Source of the DNA: Tolypothrix carrinoi HA7290-LM1
GTDB lineage: Bacteria; Cyanobacteriota; Cyanobacteriia; Cyanobacteriales; Nostocaceae
Direction of reading: 5' to 3'
NCBI GenBank assembly: GCA_019358935.1
Contig: JAHHIK010000006.1
Location: 32,001-96,000, forward strand
DNA length: 64,000 nt
Part shown: piece by piece, positions 40,173-49,947 of the stretch
Position numbering within the stretch: the stretch's first letter is position 1
Layout: the number at the start of each line of letters is the position of its first letter
Program-made: the position numbers and the translations under genes
The notes under the pieces: model-generated
The model's database searches: none
Told to the model about the DNA's origin: nothing
What the model saw: only the letters and a program-made list of their open reading frames with translations

Positions 40173-42152
40173 ATGCGGCAATTGTCTCTTGCTCTCGAAC
40201 TACTCAACTCTGAACCAGCTAATATAAATTGGTTTCAGGATATCTTAACTACTCTTCAGGTGAGGCAAGAGACTGTATGGACTGATAATTTCGGCAAGTC
40301 TCTTCGTAAATGCTTGCGGCAACAGGGCATTGCTCCGGTTAAAACACTTAGCTTGTTTTCTGGGGGTGGTGGACTAGATATTGCATTTCACGATTCTGGA
40401 TTTGAAATAGTCCAGATGATTGAATTGGAAGCCAAATATATTCAGACACTACAAAAAAATTCTCAACCTGGGAAATGGTTAGAAGGTTCTAAACCGATTT
40501 GTATTGACATCAGAGACTATTCACCCGATCCCGATCTCAAAGTAGATTTCATAATTGGAGGTCCACCATGTCAAACCTTTTCTGCGGCAGGACGTAGAGC
40601 GGCTGGGGTATCTGGAACAACAGACGCTAGGGGAACACTATTTCAAGAATATGTTCGCATTCTAAAACTGCTTCAACCTAAAGGATTTCTATTTGAGAAT
40701 GTATATGGAATTACTGGGGCAAACGGAGGAGAAGCATGGCAAGAAATCCAAGAAGCTTTTCGGGAAGTTGGATATAGTATTTATTTCCGTATTCTAGATG
40801 CTGCTGACTACGGTGTTCCTCAGCATCGGGAGCGTTTGTTTATTGTTGGTTTGAAACAAGGAAAATATTTATTCCCATATCCTACTCACGGTTTTGATTC
40901 CCTCGACCAGCAGCCGTATTATTCGGCAGCAAAGGCTGTAGAAGGTGCTGATATTTCAGACATAGAAGCAGGTTTAGGTGGACGATTTGGTCATTTACTT
41001 GGAGATATTCCACCTGGGCTTAACTACAGTTTTTATACAAAAGAAATGGGTTATCCCAACCCCATTTTTAGTTGGAGATCAAAATTCTCTGATTTCCTCT
41101 ACAAAGCAGATCCAGATACCCCAGTGCGAACAATCAAAGCGGCTGGTGGGCAATATACTGGTCCCTTTAGTTGGGAAAACCGTAGATTTTCTATCTCTGA
41201 ATTAAAGCGTTTACAGACTATTCCTGATGACTACGAAATAGTTGGTAATCGACAAGTTGCCCTACAGCAAATTGGAAATTCGGTTCCTTCTCAATTAGGC
41301 AGAATCCTAGCCCTTAGCATTTTAGATCAAGTAATAAACGTTGAATTACCCTTCAACCTAGCTTATTTACCTCAAAGTAAAAAATTAGGTTTCAGACAGC
41401 GCAAAAGAAGGTTGACAGAGGTTTACCTTCAAAAAGCCCAAACTGCGATCGATGAACTGTTTAAGGAAGGGAAAATTACCGATTCAGCTGATTCTAAGTA
41501 TGAGGATAAGGGAGAGTCTACCAGATTTTTATCTATAGAAACTTTTTCATGGACAAAAGAACCATCTCCTGAGTCTGTAAAGATTTACTTGGATTATGAA
41601 TTAAATGATTCTTCTTGGACGATTACAGCAAGTACTAATGGCAATTGGGAGGAACCGGATCAATTTGTCATTGATGTATATCCCTCATATGGTTATGATG
41701 AGTGGTTTCTTGGTACGAACTCAGTTAAGCTGTGCGCTAAACAGTTAAATGCACAAGTCTTTACATCTGTTTGGAAAGCCTTTGAAGAAAAGTTAAATGA
41801 GGCTACAGGCAAAGCAGATTTAGTGCAGTTATCTGGGTACTATCAGTACAAGGCTCGCATCAGTGGAGTAATGAACTTTTGTGCCAAGTCGAAAGTTAAT
41901 TCGTTTTGGCGTGTAGTTCAATGTGTAACCAGATGTATTGGTACTGCTGCTCAACTTAAAGCAACAGGATTTTCAGAACAGTGGGGTGTCAAAGAAGAAG
42001 ATATACTTTTCTACCTTCAGTCTTTAAAGGCTATGGGTTACGAAGTTAGAAGTCACAATACTAATCCGCAGATTCCCGCAGGTGAGTATCTGATCCCTTA
42101 TGCCTTCCCTACACTGAATCCTCATAGCGTTCAACTCCGTAAAATTTTATAG
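40173..42152 (+). CDS. DNA (cytosine-5)-methyltransferase with N- and C-terminal extensions
   Basis: LFSGGGG (motif I), GGPPCQ (IV), FENV (VI), QHRERL (VIII), RLQTIP (IX), QIGNSVP (X). Confidence 0.93.
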   Translation: MRQLSLALELLNSEPANINWFQDILTTLQVRQETVWTDNFGKSLRKCLRQQGIAPVKTLSLFSGGGGLDIAFHDSGFEIVQMIELEAKYIQTLQKNSQPGKWLEGSKPICIDIRDYSPDPDLKVDFIIGGPPCQTFSAAGRRAAGVSGTTDARGTLFQEYVRILKLLQPKGFLFENVYGITGANGGEAWQEIQEAFREVGYSIYFRILDAADYGVPQHRERLFIVGLKQGKYLFPYPTHGFDSLDQQPYYSAAKAVEGADISDIEAGLGGRFGHLLGDIPPGLNYSFYTKEMGYPNPIFSWRSKFSDFLYKADPDTPVRTIKAAGGQYTGPFSWENRRFSISELKRLQTIPDDYEIVGNRQVALQQIGNSVPSQLGRILALSILDQVINVELPFNLAYLPQSKKLGFRQRKRRLTEVYLQKAQTAIDELFKEGKITDSADSKYEDKGESTRFLSIETFSWTKEPSPESVKIYLDYELNDSSWTITASTNGNWEEPDQFVIDVYPSYGYDEWFLGTNSVKLCAKQLNAQVFTSVWKAFEEKLNEATGKADLVQLSGYYQYKARISGVMNFCAKSKVNSFWRVVQCVTRCIGTAAQLKATGFSEQWGVKEEDILFYLQSLKAMGYEVRSHNTNPQIPAGEYLIPYAFPTLNPHSVQLRKIL

Positions 42153-42159
42153 CTGCTGT

Positions 42160-43500
42160 ATGAGTGAACTGCACTTGAGAGTTTATGCAAATAGGAGTGA
42201 ACTGATTCTTCCTGATGGCACAGTTGAAGCCTTTCAGGAAGGAGGAATGAATCAAGCTGCAAAGACACGATACAGAAAAATAGCAACAGAGCTTTCTAAC
42301 GGTTATTTAGAAAGACAAATCTTGGCTTGTAGAGATAGATCGTCAAATCTTGACTTTTCAGAACTAACACAAGCGCATAGATACCTTTTGGACAGATTAA
42401 TTCAGTCAATAACTAGTGAAGTTGGTAGAGCCTTAGTTGGGCTGACAATACTACAATTATGCGTTAAGTCAATTGAGCCAGAACAAAATATTAGATTGCA
42501 CAAAGGCAGCACAAGCACAAGAGATTTTTCTTGGTGTGATGGCATTTCTATGCGCTCTCTTGATAAACAATACATCACACCCGTTTTGCGAAGATATGAA
42601 TTGCTAAGGCTAAATGCTGATGGTTTTATGATGACTCGCAGCCTAGCAGAAAATTACCCATATTCAACCGTATACAAAGCAAACATGCGAGGTGCGCGTT
42701 CTGAGTGGGTAAGCCTTGTTGAAGCTACAGAGAAAGATGAAGTAGCTGCTGATGTTGCATTACAGTATCTTCTTTCACAGTTGCTCAATCAAGCAGATAA
42801 CTTTAAAAGATTAACTTCACAAGCGATCGAGAAACTTAATTTATTTTTTGAAGCAACGGTTATTAATCAAGAAATCGCATTAAGCCTCATTCTGCGTCAC
42901 ATTAATCAATCTGATTATGCTGCTCGATTAATGGAGATTGCCATGCACAGTTTGATGCAGGCTATGCAAGAGTATCAAGTTTTTCCAAACAGTCTTTTGA
43001 AACCTCTTTCACAAATGCGTTCAGCCAACAAAAAGCATGGGAATATCGGTGACATTGAACTTTTAGAAGATAGACAGATTGTGGAAGCTTGGGATGCCAA
43101 ATATGGTAAATCATATCTACGAGATGAGATTGAGGAATTATCAGAAAAACTGGAGGTGCATCCTGCTGTTAGACGGGCTGGTTTTGTTACAAGTCTTGAA
43201 CCTGAGCGGCTTGATGAGTTGGAACCCAGATGTGAGGAGATTTCGGAAATTTACGGAATATCTTTAGAAGTCCTGACTTTTGAAGAGTGGATTGGAGAAC
43301 AGTTTGAACGTGCATTGACCGAGGAAACCGCTTCGGGGCAAGAACTTGCTGTGGCTTGGCTTACAGCGTACACCGAATCTTTGGCACAGCGACGCAGAGA
43401 AATTGCTCCGATTGACGAACCTTGTTACCAATGGCTGTTAACAATAAACGAAATCTTGACCCAAGAGCTACCGGATACCGCCCGCAGTCCCCTAGATTAG
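42160..43500 (+). CDS. Putative type II restriction endonuclease
   Basis: Starts 7 nt after the MTase; GDIE...WDAK PD-(D/E)XK-like motif. Confidence 0.7.
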   Translation: MSELHLRVYANRSELILPDGTVEAFQEGGMNQAAKTRYRKIATELSNGYLERQILACRDRSSNLDFSELTQAHRYLLDRLIQSITSEVGRALVGLTILQLCVKSIEPEQNIRLHKGSTSTRDFSWCDGISMRSLDKQYITPVLRRYELLRLNADGFMMTRSLAENYPYSTVYKANMRGARSEWVSLVEATEKDEVAADVALQYLLSQLLNQADNFKRLTSQAIEKLNLFFEATVINQEIALSLILRHINQSDYAARLMEIAMHSLMQAMQEYQVFPNSLLKPLSQMRSANKKHGNIGDIELLEDRQIVEAWDAKYGKSYLRDEIEELSEKLEVHPAVRRAGFVTSLEPERLDELEPRCEEISEIYGISLEVLTFEEWIGEQFERALTEETASGQELAVAWLTAYTESLAQRRREIAPIDEPCYQWLLTINEILTQELPDTARSPLD

Positions 43501-43535
43501 AGATAATATTTTTAAAGCAATAATCCTCAAAACCC

Positions 43536-44156
43536 ATGACTCAAGCCTTACCCAAGCTAGTAACCTTCGAGGAATTTGTCGATCGCCTAAGAAAAAATTC
43601 TTCTTCACGCTACGAACTGCATAACGGAGAAATTGTTGAGATTGCACAACCAGTTGGGGAACATGAAGAAGTTAAAAGCTTTCTGGGTGTCGAAATACCT
43701 GTTGAAATCAAACGTCTCGGATTGCCCTACGGTATTCCCAACCAAGTTATAGTTAGACCCCCTGAAAAAGATTCTGGTTACTTTCCAGATGTTTTAGTAC
43801 TAAACCGTGCAAATCTGGTAAACGAAACATTATGGAAAAAAGAATCTACCCTCAGTTTGGGTGCATCGATACCCTTAGTTATTGAGGTTGTATCAACTAA
43901 TTGGCGTGATGATTATCACTTTAAATATGCTGATTATGAAGAGATGGGCATACCTGAATACTGGATTGTCGATTATGCTGCATTAGGTGGACGTAATTTT
44001 ATCGGCAACCCCAAACAACCGACAATATCCGTCTGTAACTTGGTTGACGAGGAATATCAAATAACCAAGTTTCGAGATAATGACCGGATTGTATCCCAAA
44101 CTTTTCCCGATTTAAACCTCACCGCAAACCAGATTTTTCAAGCTGGTGTAGTGTAG
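43536..44156 (+). CDS. Uma2 family endonuclease
   Basis: YELHNGEIV, PDVLV, IEVVSTNWRDDY, GIPEYWIVD. Confidence 0.9.
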   Translation: MTQALPKLVTFEEFVDRLRKNSSSRYELHNGEIVEIAQPVGEHEEVKSFLGVEIPVEIKRLGLPYGIPNQVIVRPPEKDSGYFPDVLVLNRANLVNETLWKKESTLSLGASIPLVIEVVSTNWRDDYHFKYADYEEMGIPEYWIVDYAALGGRNFIGNPKQPTISVCNLVDEEYQITKFRDNDRIVSQTFPDLNLTANQIFQAGVV

Positions 44157-44232
44157 CAAACTTTTGTCTAGCTTGATGTAGCGCCCGGATGGTATTTCTC
44201 TCGAAAATCCCAAGCAAGAATTCTCAAAACCT

Positions 44233-44859
44233 ATGACCCAAGCCTTACCCAAACTACTAACCTTTGATGAATTTATCGCGTGGTATCCGGAGAAATCTGA
44301 GGTACGCTACGAACTGCACAATGGGGTAATTGTTGAAATGCCGAAACCGAAAGGAAAACATAGTAATGTTACAGGCTTCATTATTGAAGAATTAATCTTG
44401 GGTATCATCCAGATTGAAAAACGCGGTGTTTGGACAATTCCTAGAGAATCGATTGTAAAACCCAGTAGTGAAAAATCTGGTTATGAACCTGACATTATTG
44501 TTTTAGATCGGGAAAACATGGGCAACGAAACACGTTGGGAAAGCGAATCAGTTATTGAAAAAGCTAGTTCAGTCAAATTAATTGTCGAGGTTGTATCAAC
44601 CAACTGGCGCGATGATTACTATTTGAAATATGCTGATTATGAAGAGATGGGTATCCCTGAATACTGGATTGTCGATTATGCTGCATTAGGTGGACGTAAT
44701 TTTATCGGCAACCCCAAACAACCGACAATATCCGTCTGTAACTTAGTTGACGGAGAATATCAGATAATTAAGTTTCGAGATAGCGATCGCATTGTATCCC
44801 AAACTTTTCCCGATTTAAACCTCACCGCAAACCAGATTTTTCAAGCTGGTGTAGTGTAA
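44233..44859 (+). CDS. Uma2 family endonuclease (tandem paralogue)
   Basis: Same motifs; last about 90 codons nearly identical to the upstream copy. Confidence 0.9.
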   Translation: MTQALPKLLTFDEFIAWYPEKSEVRYELHNGVIVEMPKPKGKHSNVTGFIIEELILGIIQIEKRGVWTIPRESIVKPSSEKSGYEPDIIVLDRENMGNETRWESESVIEKASSVKLIVEVVSTNWRDDYYLKYADYEEMGIPEYWIVDYAALGGRNFIGNPKQPTISVCNLVDGEYQIIKFRDSDRIVSQTFPDLNLTANQIFQAGVV

Positions 44860-44876
44860 TGCACCTTATATTATTG

Positions 44877-45038
44877 ATGGTGCGTTGCGCGTACCGCGAC
44901 AACACAACGCCAGTTGCTACAACGGAGGAAACCTCCCTTCTCCTTCGGAGACGCTCCGCGAACGGGTTCGCCACTTCGACGGGACCCAAACCGACACCGC
45001 CGAGTGGACTCACCGCAACGCACTGGCTCCCCTACTAC
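44877..45038. repeat. Nested small dispersed repeats
   Basis: 45-nt ACGCCAG...CTGGCTC element (44907-45029) interrupted by a 78-nt insert that itself holds a TCC..GGAGACGCT..GCGAAC element. Confidence 0.75.
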
Positions 45039-45057
45039 GAAAATTTCAAATCCAAAG

Positions 45058-46002
45058 TTGACTAATCTAAAATCGACTAATTTAAAATCAATTGCTGTTC
45101 TCGGTGCGGGTGCGTGGGGATCTAGTTTAGCATCTATAGCCGAAGCTAACAATCATCAGGTAAATATTTGGTCGCGTAATGGTTCCCAAACTTTGGCGGA
45201 AGTTGTGGAAAATGCCTCGGCGATCGTTTCCGCGATTTCCATGAAAGGAGTACGCGAAGTCGCTACGCAATTACAGGGTTTATCGATTCCACCAAAAGCG
45301 GTTTTTGTGACTGCGACAAAAGGGTTAGAGCCAGAAACAATTAGCACACCATCGCAAATTTGGCAAGAAACTTTTCCGAGTCATCCGGTTGTGGTGCTGT
45401 CGGGACCAAATTTATCGAAAGAAATTCAACTAGAATTACCAGCAGCAACGGTAGTAGCCAGCATAAGTAAAGATGCTGCTGAGTTTGTGCAGTTAGTATT
45501 TTCCTCTAGTCGTTTCCGGGTTTATACGAATTCCGACCCCTTGGGAGTGGAACTTGGGGGTACATTAAAGAATGTGATTGCGATCGCATCTGGTGTGTGT
45601 GATGGCTTACAATTGGGAACCAACGCCAAAGCTGCTTTAGTCACTCGTGGTTTGACAGAAATAATTCGCATCGGCAACTTATGGGGTGCGAAAACAGAAA
45701 CATTTTATGGTTTATCTGGTTTAGGTGATTTGCTAGCAACCTGCAACAGTCCTCTAAGTCGCAATTATCAAGTTGGCTACCAAATGGCTTGTGGTAAAAC
45801 ACTCACAGAAGTTCTCGCTCATTTAGAAGGAACCGCAGAGGGAGTCAACACTTGCCAAGTTTTGATGCAACGAGCCAAGCAGCGGAATATATCCATGCCG
45901 ATTACCGAGCAAGTATATCGCTTACTTCAAGGTGAAGTCACCCCACGACAAGCGCTTGATGAACTGATGCTGCGAGACATCAAGCCAGAATACAGTTATT
46001 AA
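45058..46002 (+). CDS. gpsA: NAD(P)H-dependent glycerol-3-phosphate dehydrogenase
   Basis: GAGAWG, TKG, LSGPN, GGTLKNV, GLGDL..TC....SRN; start approximate (TTG 45058). Confidence 0.95.
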   Translation: MTNLKSTNLKSIAVLGAGAWGSSLASIAEANNHQVNIWSRNGSQTLAEVVENASAIVSAISMKGVREVATQLQGLSIPPKAVFVTATKGLEPETISTPSQIWQETFPSHPVVVLSGPNLSKEIQLELPAATVVASISKDAAEFVQLVFSSSRFRVYTNSDPLGVELGGTLKNVIAIASGVCDGLQLGTNAKAALVTRGLTEIIRIGNLWGAKTETFYGLSGLGDLLATCNSPLSRNYQVGYQMACGKTLTEVLAHLEGTAEGVNTCQVLMQRAKQRNISMPITEQVYRLLQGEVTPRQALDELMLRDIKPEYSY

Positions 46003-46562
46003 CCTTGTGGAAATAGTTGGTTGTTAGCGGTTAGTTGTTAGTTGCTGGTTGTCTATGGATATTTCTTCACCACTATCCACTATCCACTATCCACTATCCA
46101 CTAACCACTAACCACTATCCACTATCCACTATCCACTATCCACTACCAATTACCCATTACCAATTACGAATATTCTCTGTTGAAAAATTAGTAAATCATC
46201 AGGAAATCACTCAGATACCTGTGTAGATAGGACTATGCGTATGATAAACGTAATTTTTCCTTGTCTATGTTTATACCACGTTACAAAAGTCACAGTCAAG
46301 ATAAATTAAGGTGGAAATCTTGACTAAGTAATTTCTAGTTTAACAACCAGCTGACGATTTGAATAGCTATTGGTTCAATCAGATTTCAGCTGCCGAACAA
46401 GTAAGAAAATAAGGTATTAAATAAAATCAGTACAGTTTTTTTCAAAAAAATTGCTAACTGAACCCTTAACCGTGTTAGTTCACCTAAAATCACGGGAACA
46501 ATAGCAACAGTTGATTAGCTGACCGAAATCTATTGTTACCTGGAGCCATTGAGACGAGCCTT

Positions 46563-47810
46563 ATGCCAGCAACATCTTTTTACGCAGATGCAGCCTACGA
46601 AACCCAACAGTCCTCTCAGGTTTTTGACCCAGAACTCACAATTGATGAGACTGAGTTGCCAATAGAAGAACTGGAAGAACTGGAAATGGCTGCTGTTGAG
46701 CCTGCTAGCTTTTCTAGCACAAACCGTCGCAGCACAGATTTAGTACGTCTGTATCTTCAAGAAATTGGTCGGGTTCGGTTGTTAGGTCGGGATGAAGAGG
46801 TTTCAGAAGCTCAAAAAGTTCAACGTTACTTGCGGATGCGGACACTACTTGCTAGTGCTGCCAAGCAAGGAGATGCAATAATTTCACCATATCTCCGGTT
46901 AATCGAAGTTCAGGAACGTTTGACATCTGAACTAGGACATCGCCCGTCTTTAGAAAGATGGGCAGCCACTGCTGGTATAATCTTGTCGGATCTCAAGCCG
47001 ACTTTAGCAGATGGCAAACGGCGGTGGGCAGAAATTGCCAAGATGACAGTGGAAGAACTGGAGCAAATTAAGACCCAAGGACTCCAGGCAAAAGAACACA
47101 TGATCAAGGCTAATCTTCGCCTAGTGGTGTCTGTAGCCAAAAAATATCAAAATCGCGGCTTGGAATTGTTGGATTTAGTCCAAGAAGGCACACTCGGCTT
47201 AGAGCGAGCAGTTGAGAAGTTTGATCCCACCAAAGGTTATCGTTTTAGCACCTACGCTTACTGGTGGATTCGTCAAGGAATTACACGAGCGATCGCTACT
47301 TCTAGCCGCACAATCCGTCTACCTGTCCACATCACCGAAAAGCTGAACAAAATCAAAAAAGCTCAACGCAAAATTGCCCAAGAAAAAGGTCGCACTCCGA
47401 CTTTAGAAGATTTAGCTGTAGAGTTAGAAATGACCCCAGCTCAAGTTCGGGAAGTTTTGTTACGCGTACCTCGCTCCGTTTCTCTAGAAACTAAGGTTGG
47501 TAAAGATAAAGACACCGAATTAGGCGAATTGCTCGAAACCGACGGTGTTACCCCAGAAGAAATGTTAATGCGAGAATCTTTACAAAAAGACTTGCAGCAT
47601 CTTTTGTCAGATTTAACCAGCCGCGAGCGCGATGTAATTCTCATGCGCTTTGGTTTAGCTGATGGTCATCCTTACTCCTTAGCAGAAATTGGACGCGCTC
47701 TCGACTTATCCCGCGAACGAGTACGGCAAATTGAATCCAAAGCTTTGCAAAAGCTGCGCCAACCCAAGCGCCGCAATTTGATCCGCGACTATTTGGAATC
47801 TCTAAGCTAG
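46563..47810 (+). CDS. sigC: Group 2 RNA polymerase sigma factor SigC
   Basis: MPATSFY N-terminus, DLVRLYLQEIG, ANLRLVVSVAKKY, RFSTYAYWWIRQ; position upstream of furA. Confidence 0.9.
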   Translation: MPATSFYADAAYETQQSSQVFDPELTIDETELPIEELEELEMAAVEPASFSSTNRRSTDLVRLYLQEIGRVRLLGRDEEVSEAQKVQRYLRMRTLLASAAKQGDAIISPYLRLIEVQERLTSELGHRPSLERWAATAGIILSDLKPTLADGKRRWAEIAKMTVEELEQIKTQGLQAKEHMIKANLRLVVSVAKKYQNRGLELLDLVQEGTLGLERAVEKFDPTKGYRFSTYAYWWIRQGITRAIATSSRTIRLPVHITEKLNKIKKAQRKIAQEKGRTPTLEDLAVELEMTPAQVREVLLRVPRSVSLETKVGKDKDTELGELLETDGVTPEEMLMRESLQKDLQHLLSDLTSRERDVILMRFGLADGHPYSLAEIGRALDLSRERVRQIESKALQKLRQPKRRNLIRDYLESLS

Positions 47811-48109
47811 GGGTAATGGGTAATGGGTAATGGGTAATGGGTAGTGGGTAATGGGTAATGGGTAATGGGTAAAAACTCTTACCAATTATCTATTACCTAT
47901 TACCTATTACCCATGACCAATCCCCTTACAGAAAATTATTTGCATTTGAATGAGCCTAAGTTGCCCCAGCATTTTTGTTACAAGTCCTTGAGGGCGGGGA
48001 TCGCTGATTATTTCTCTTGTCATCAAGATCCCATGACTTGTATTTGAGCATTAAGTAAATATTCGCAATAAGCCATGATTGTTGCAAATTGCTCAAAATT
48101 TTTGTTATA

Positions 48110-48136
48110 TTCTCAACTAACAATCTTTGTTGAGAA
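48110..48136. promoter_or_regulatory. Inverted repeat just upstream of furA (candidate regulator site)
   Basis: TTCTCAAC-N11-GTTGAGAA in the AT-rich leader. Confidence 0.35.
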
Positions 48137-48144
48137 ATATTAGT

Positions 48145-48600
48145 ATGACTATCTACTCAGCTACTTCACTCAGGGCAGAACTAAACGAACGCGGGTGGCG
48201 TCTGACTCCGCAACGTGAAACAATTCTACACATTTTTCAGGAACTTCCGCAAGGGGAACATCTCAGTGCGGAGGATCTTTACCATAGATTAGAAGTCGAT
48301 GGCGAAGGAATCAGCTTATCAACTATTTATCGCACGTTGAAGCTGATGGCAAGGATGGGAATTTTACGGGAACTAGAATTGGGAGAGGGACATAAACATT
48401 ATGAACTCAACCAGCCTTACCCGCATCATCACCATCACCTGATTTGTGTAAGATGCAACGCGACTATTGAGTTCAAAAACGATTCTATTTTAAAAATTGG
48501 TGCAAAAACTGCTCAAAAAGAAGGCTATCAGTTGCTTGACTGTCAACTAGCAATCCATGCGGTTTGTCCCAAGTGCCAACGGGCACTAATGCCACTTTAG
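48145..48600 (+). CDS. furA: Ferric uptake regulator FurA
   Basis: GWRLTPQRETIL, SLSTIYRTL, HHHHHLIC..C, CPKC. Confidence 0.95.
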   Translation: MTIYSATSLRAELNERGWRLTPQRETILHIFQELPQGEHLSAEDLYHRLEVDGEGISLSTIYRTLKLMARMGILRELELGEGHKHYELNQPYPHHHHHLICVRCNATIEFKNDSILKIGAKTAQKEGYQLLDCQLAIHAVCPKCQRALMPL

Positions 48601-48722
48601 CACTTGGGGTTATCAGGGATCGCGCTACACAACCTTCACGAAATTTTTAGGTAATTTCCAATTGCTGTGATGGAGGGTAAGCAACCGATTGGGGACTTAT
48701 ATTGACAACACCGAAGCGGATG

Positions 48723-49922
48723 CTAGTAGCGTCCGCTTTTAACGTCATTGAGACTGATGCCGTAAAATTGTTGTGCCTGTCTAATCGCTTTTTTGGTGTC
48801 ATTCCCCATCACACCGTTGAGAGTACCTTTATAAAAACCTTTTTCATGTAGTCGTCGTTGAATTTCCAAGACATTAAATTCATTGTTGGAACCAGAGGTA
48901 ACTAAACTATATAATTTGGCTCTGGTTGTGGGACCGGCTACACCACTTGATGCTAAATAATTAGCGGTTTGAAACCTGCGAACAGCATCTGCGGTATAAG
49001 GACCGTAGTAGCCATTTGGGTCTCCTTCTAAATATCCGGCTTTAATCAACTGTTCTTGAACAACTCTAACTGCCTCACCGCGATCGCCGATTTGCAGTTT
49101 ATCATCATTACTGCGTTTGGGAGTATCTTCTCCATAACCAATGCCACTTGCGGGCAATCTGCGTTGTGTTGCAGGTCCAACAACACCATCAGCATCTAAT
49201 TTATAAGCTTGTTGAAAGCGCTTAACAGCTTCTTCAGTAATCGAACCAAATATGCCGGTCGAGTTACCGTAATAATAGCCTGCCACTCGCAACTGTTCTT
49301 GCAAAACTCTCACCTCTTCACCTTCGTCACCTTTAGCGAGTAAGTTGGGATTGCTACGCTTGGTGGCAACTGTAGTTTGAGTGGGTTTTTTCGCTTGTGT
49401 TGTTTGAGTGGGTTTTTTCGCTTGTGTTGTTTGTGGTTTTTTGGCAACTGTAGTTTGAGTGGGTTTTTTCGCTTGTGTTTCTGTGTTAACAACAACAGGT
49501 TTGTTAGCTTGTCTACCCACAGATGGAGCACGCCAACTCTCTAATTTTTGCATCGTTGTTGCGCTGGCAACGCCATCAACTGGTAAACCAGCAGATTTTT
49601 GAAAGCGTCTGACAGCATCTTCTGTCGGAAAGTCAAATACTTGACTTACGGGAGCTTGATAAAATCCTGTCCGTTGTAATTGTTGTTGCAAATTCCTGAC
49701 AGAAGGTCCTTGATCGCCTCTTTCTAGCGCCAAGGCACTGCTGACAACAGAAAGAACAGATAAGGTGACGGCAAGGGGTAACATATATCCCCAAGCCTTG
49801 CTAGAAAGCCGTTTCCAGTCGGGTGCTGCTGCTTTATTTAATAAACCGCTAAGGGAAACTAATTCACTGGATGGGCTTTCTTCGTAAACAAAAGCTAAGT
49901 GTAAATACGCTAGATTCTCCAT
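48723..49922 (-). CDS. Peptidoglycan-binding domain protein (alr1690-like), convergent with furA
   Basis: MENLAYLHLA N-terminus; several PG-binding repeats (L..GD.G..V..LQ, T..AV.RFQ); QAKKPTQTT repeats. Confidence 0.88.
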   Translation of the reverse strand: MENLAYLHLAFVYEESPSSELVSLSGLLNKAAAPDWKRLSSKAWGYMLPLAVTLSVLSVVSSALALERGDQGPSVRNLQQQLQRTGFYQAPVSQVFDFPTEDAVRRFQKSAGLPVDGVASATTMQKLESWRAPSVGRQANKPVVVNTETQAKKPTQTTVAKKPQTTQAKKPTQTTQAKKPTQTTVATKRSNPNLLAKGDEGEEVRVLQEQLRVAGYYYGNSTGIFGSITEEAVKRFQQAYKLDADGVVGPATQRRLPASGIGYGEDTPKRSNDDKLQIGDRGEAVRVVQEQLIKAGYLEGDPNGYYGPYTADAVRRFQTANYLASSGVAGPTTRAKLYSLVTSGSNNEFNVLEIQRRLHEKGFYKGTLNGVMGNDTKKAIRQAQQFYGISLNDVKSGRY

Positions 49923-49947
49923 ACTTGTTTCCTACACCTGTATTTCC

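Noticed and set aside
44914..45057. 48-aa N-terminal extension of GpsA (likewise the extensions of PntB and FtsH in the ORF track)
   Set aside because: Encoded by intergenic repeats; homology-like sequence starts downstream.
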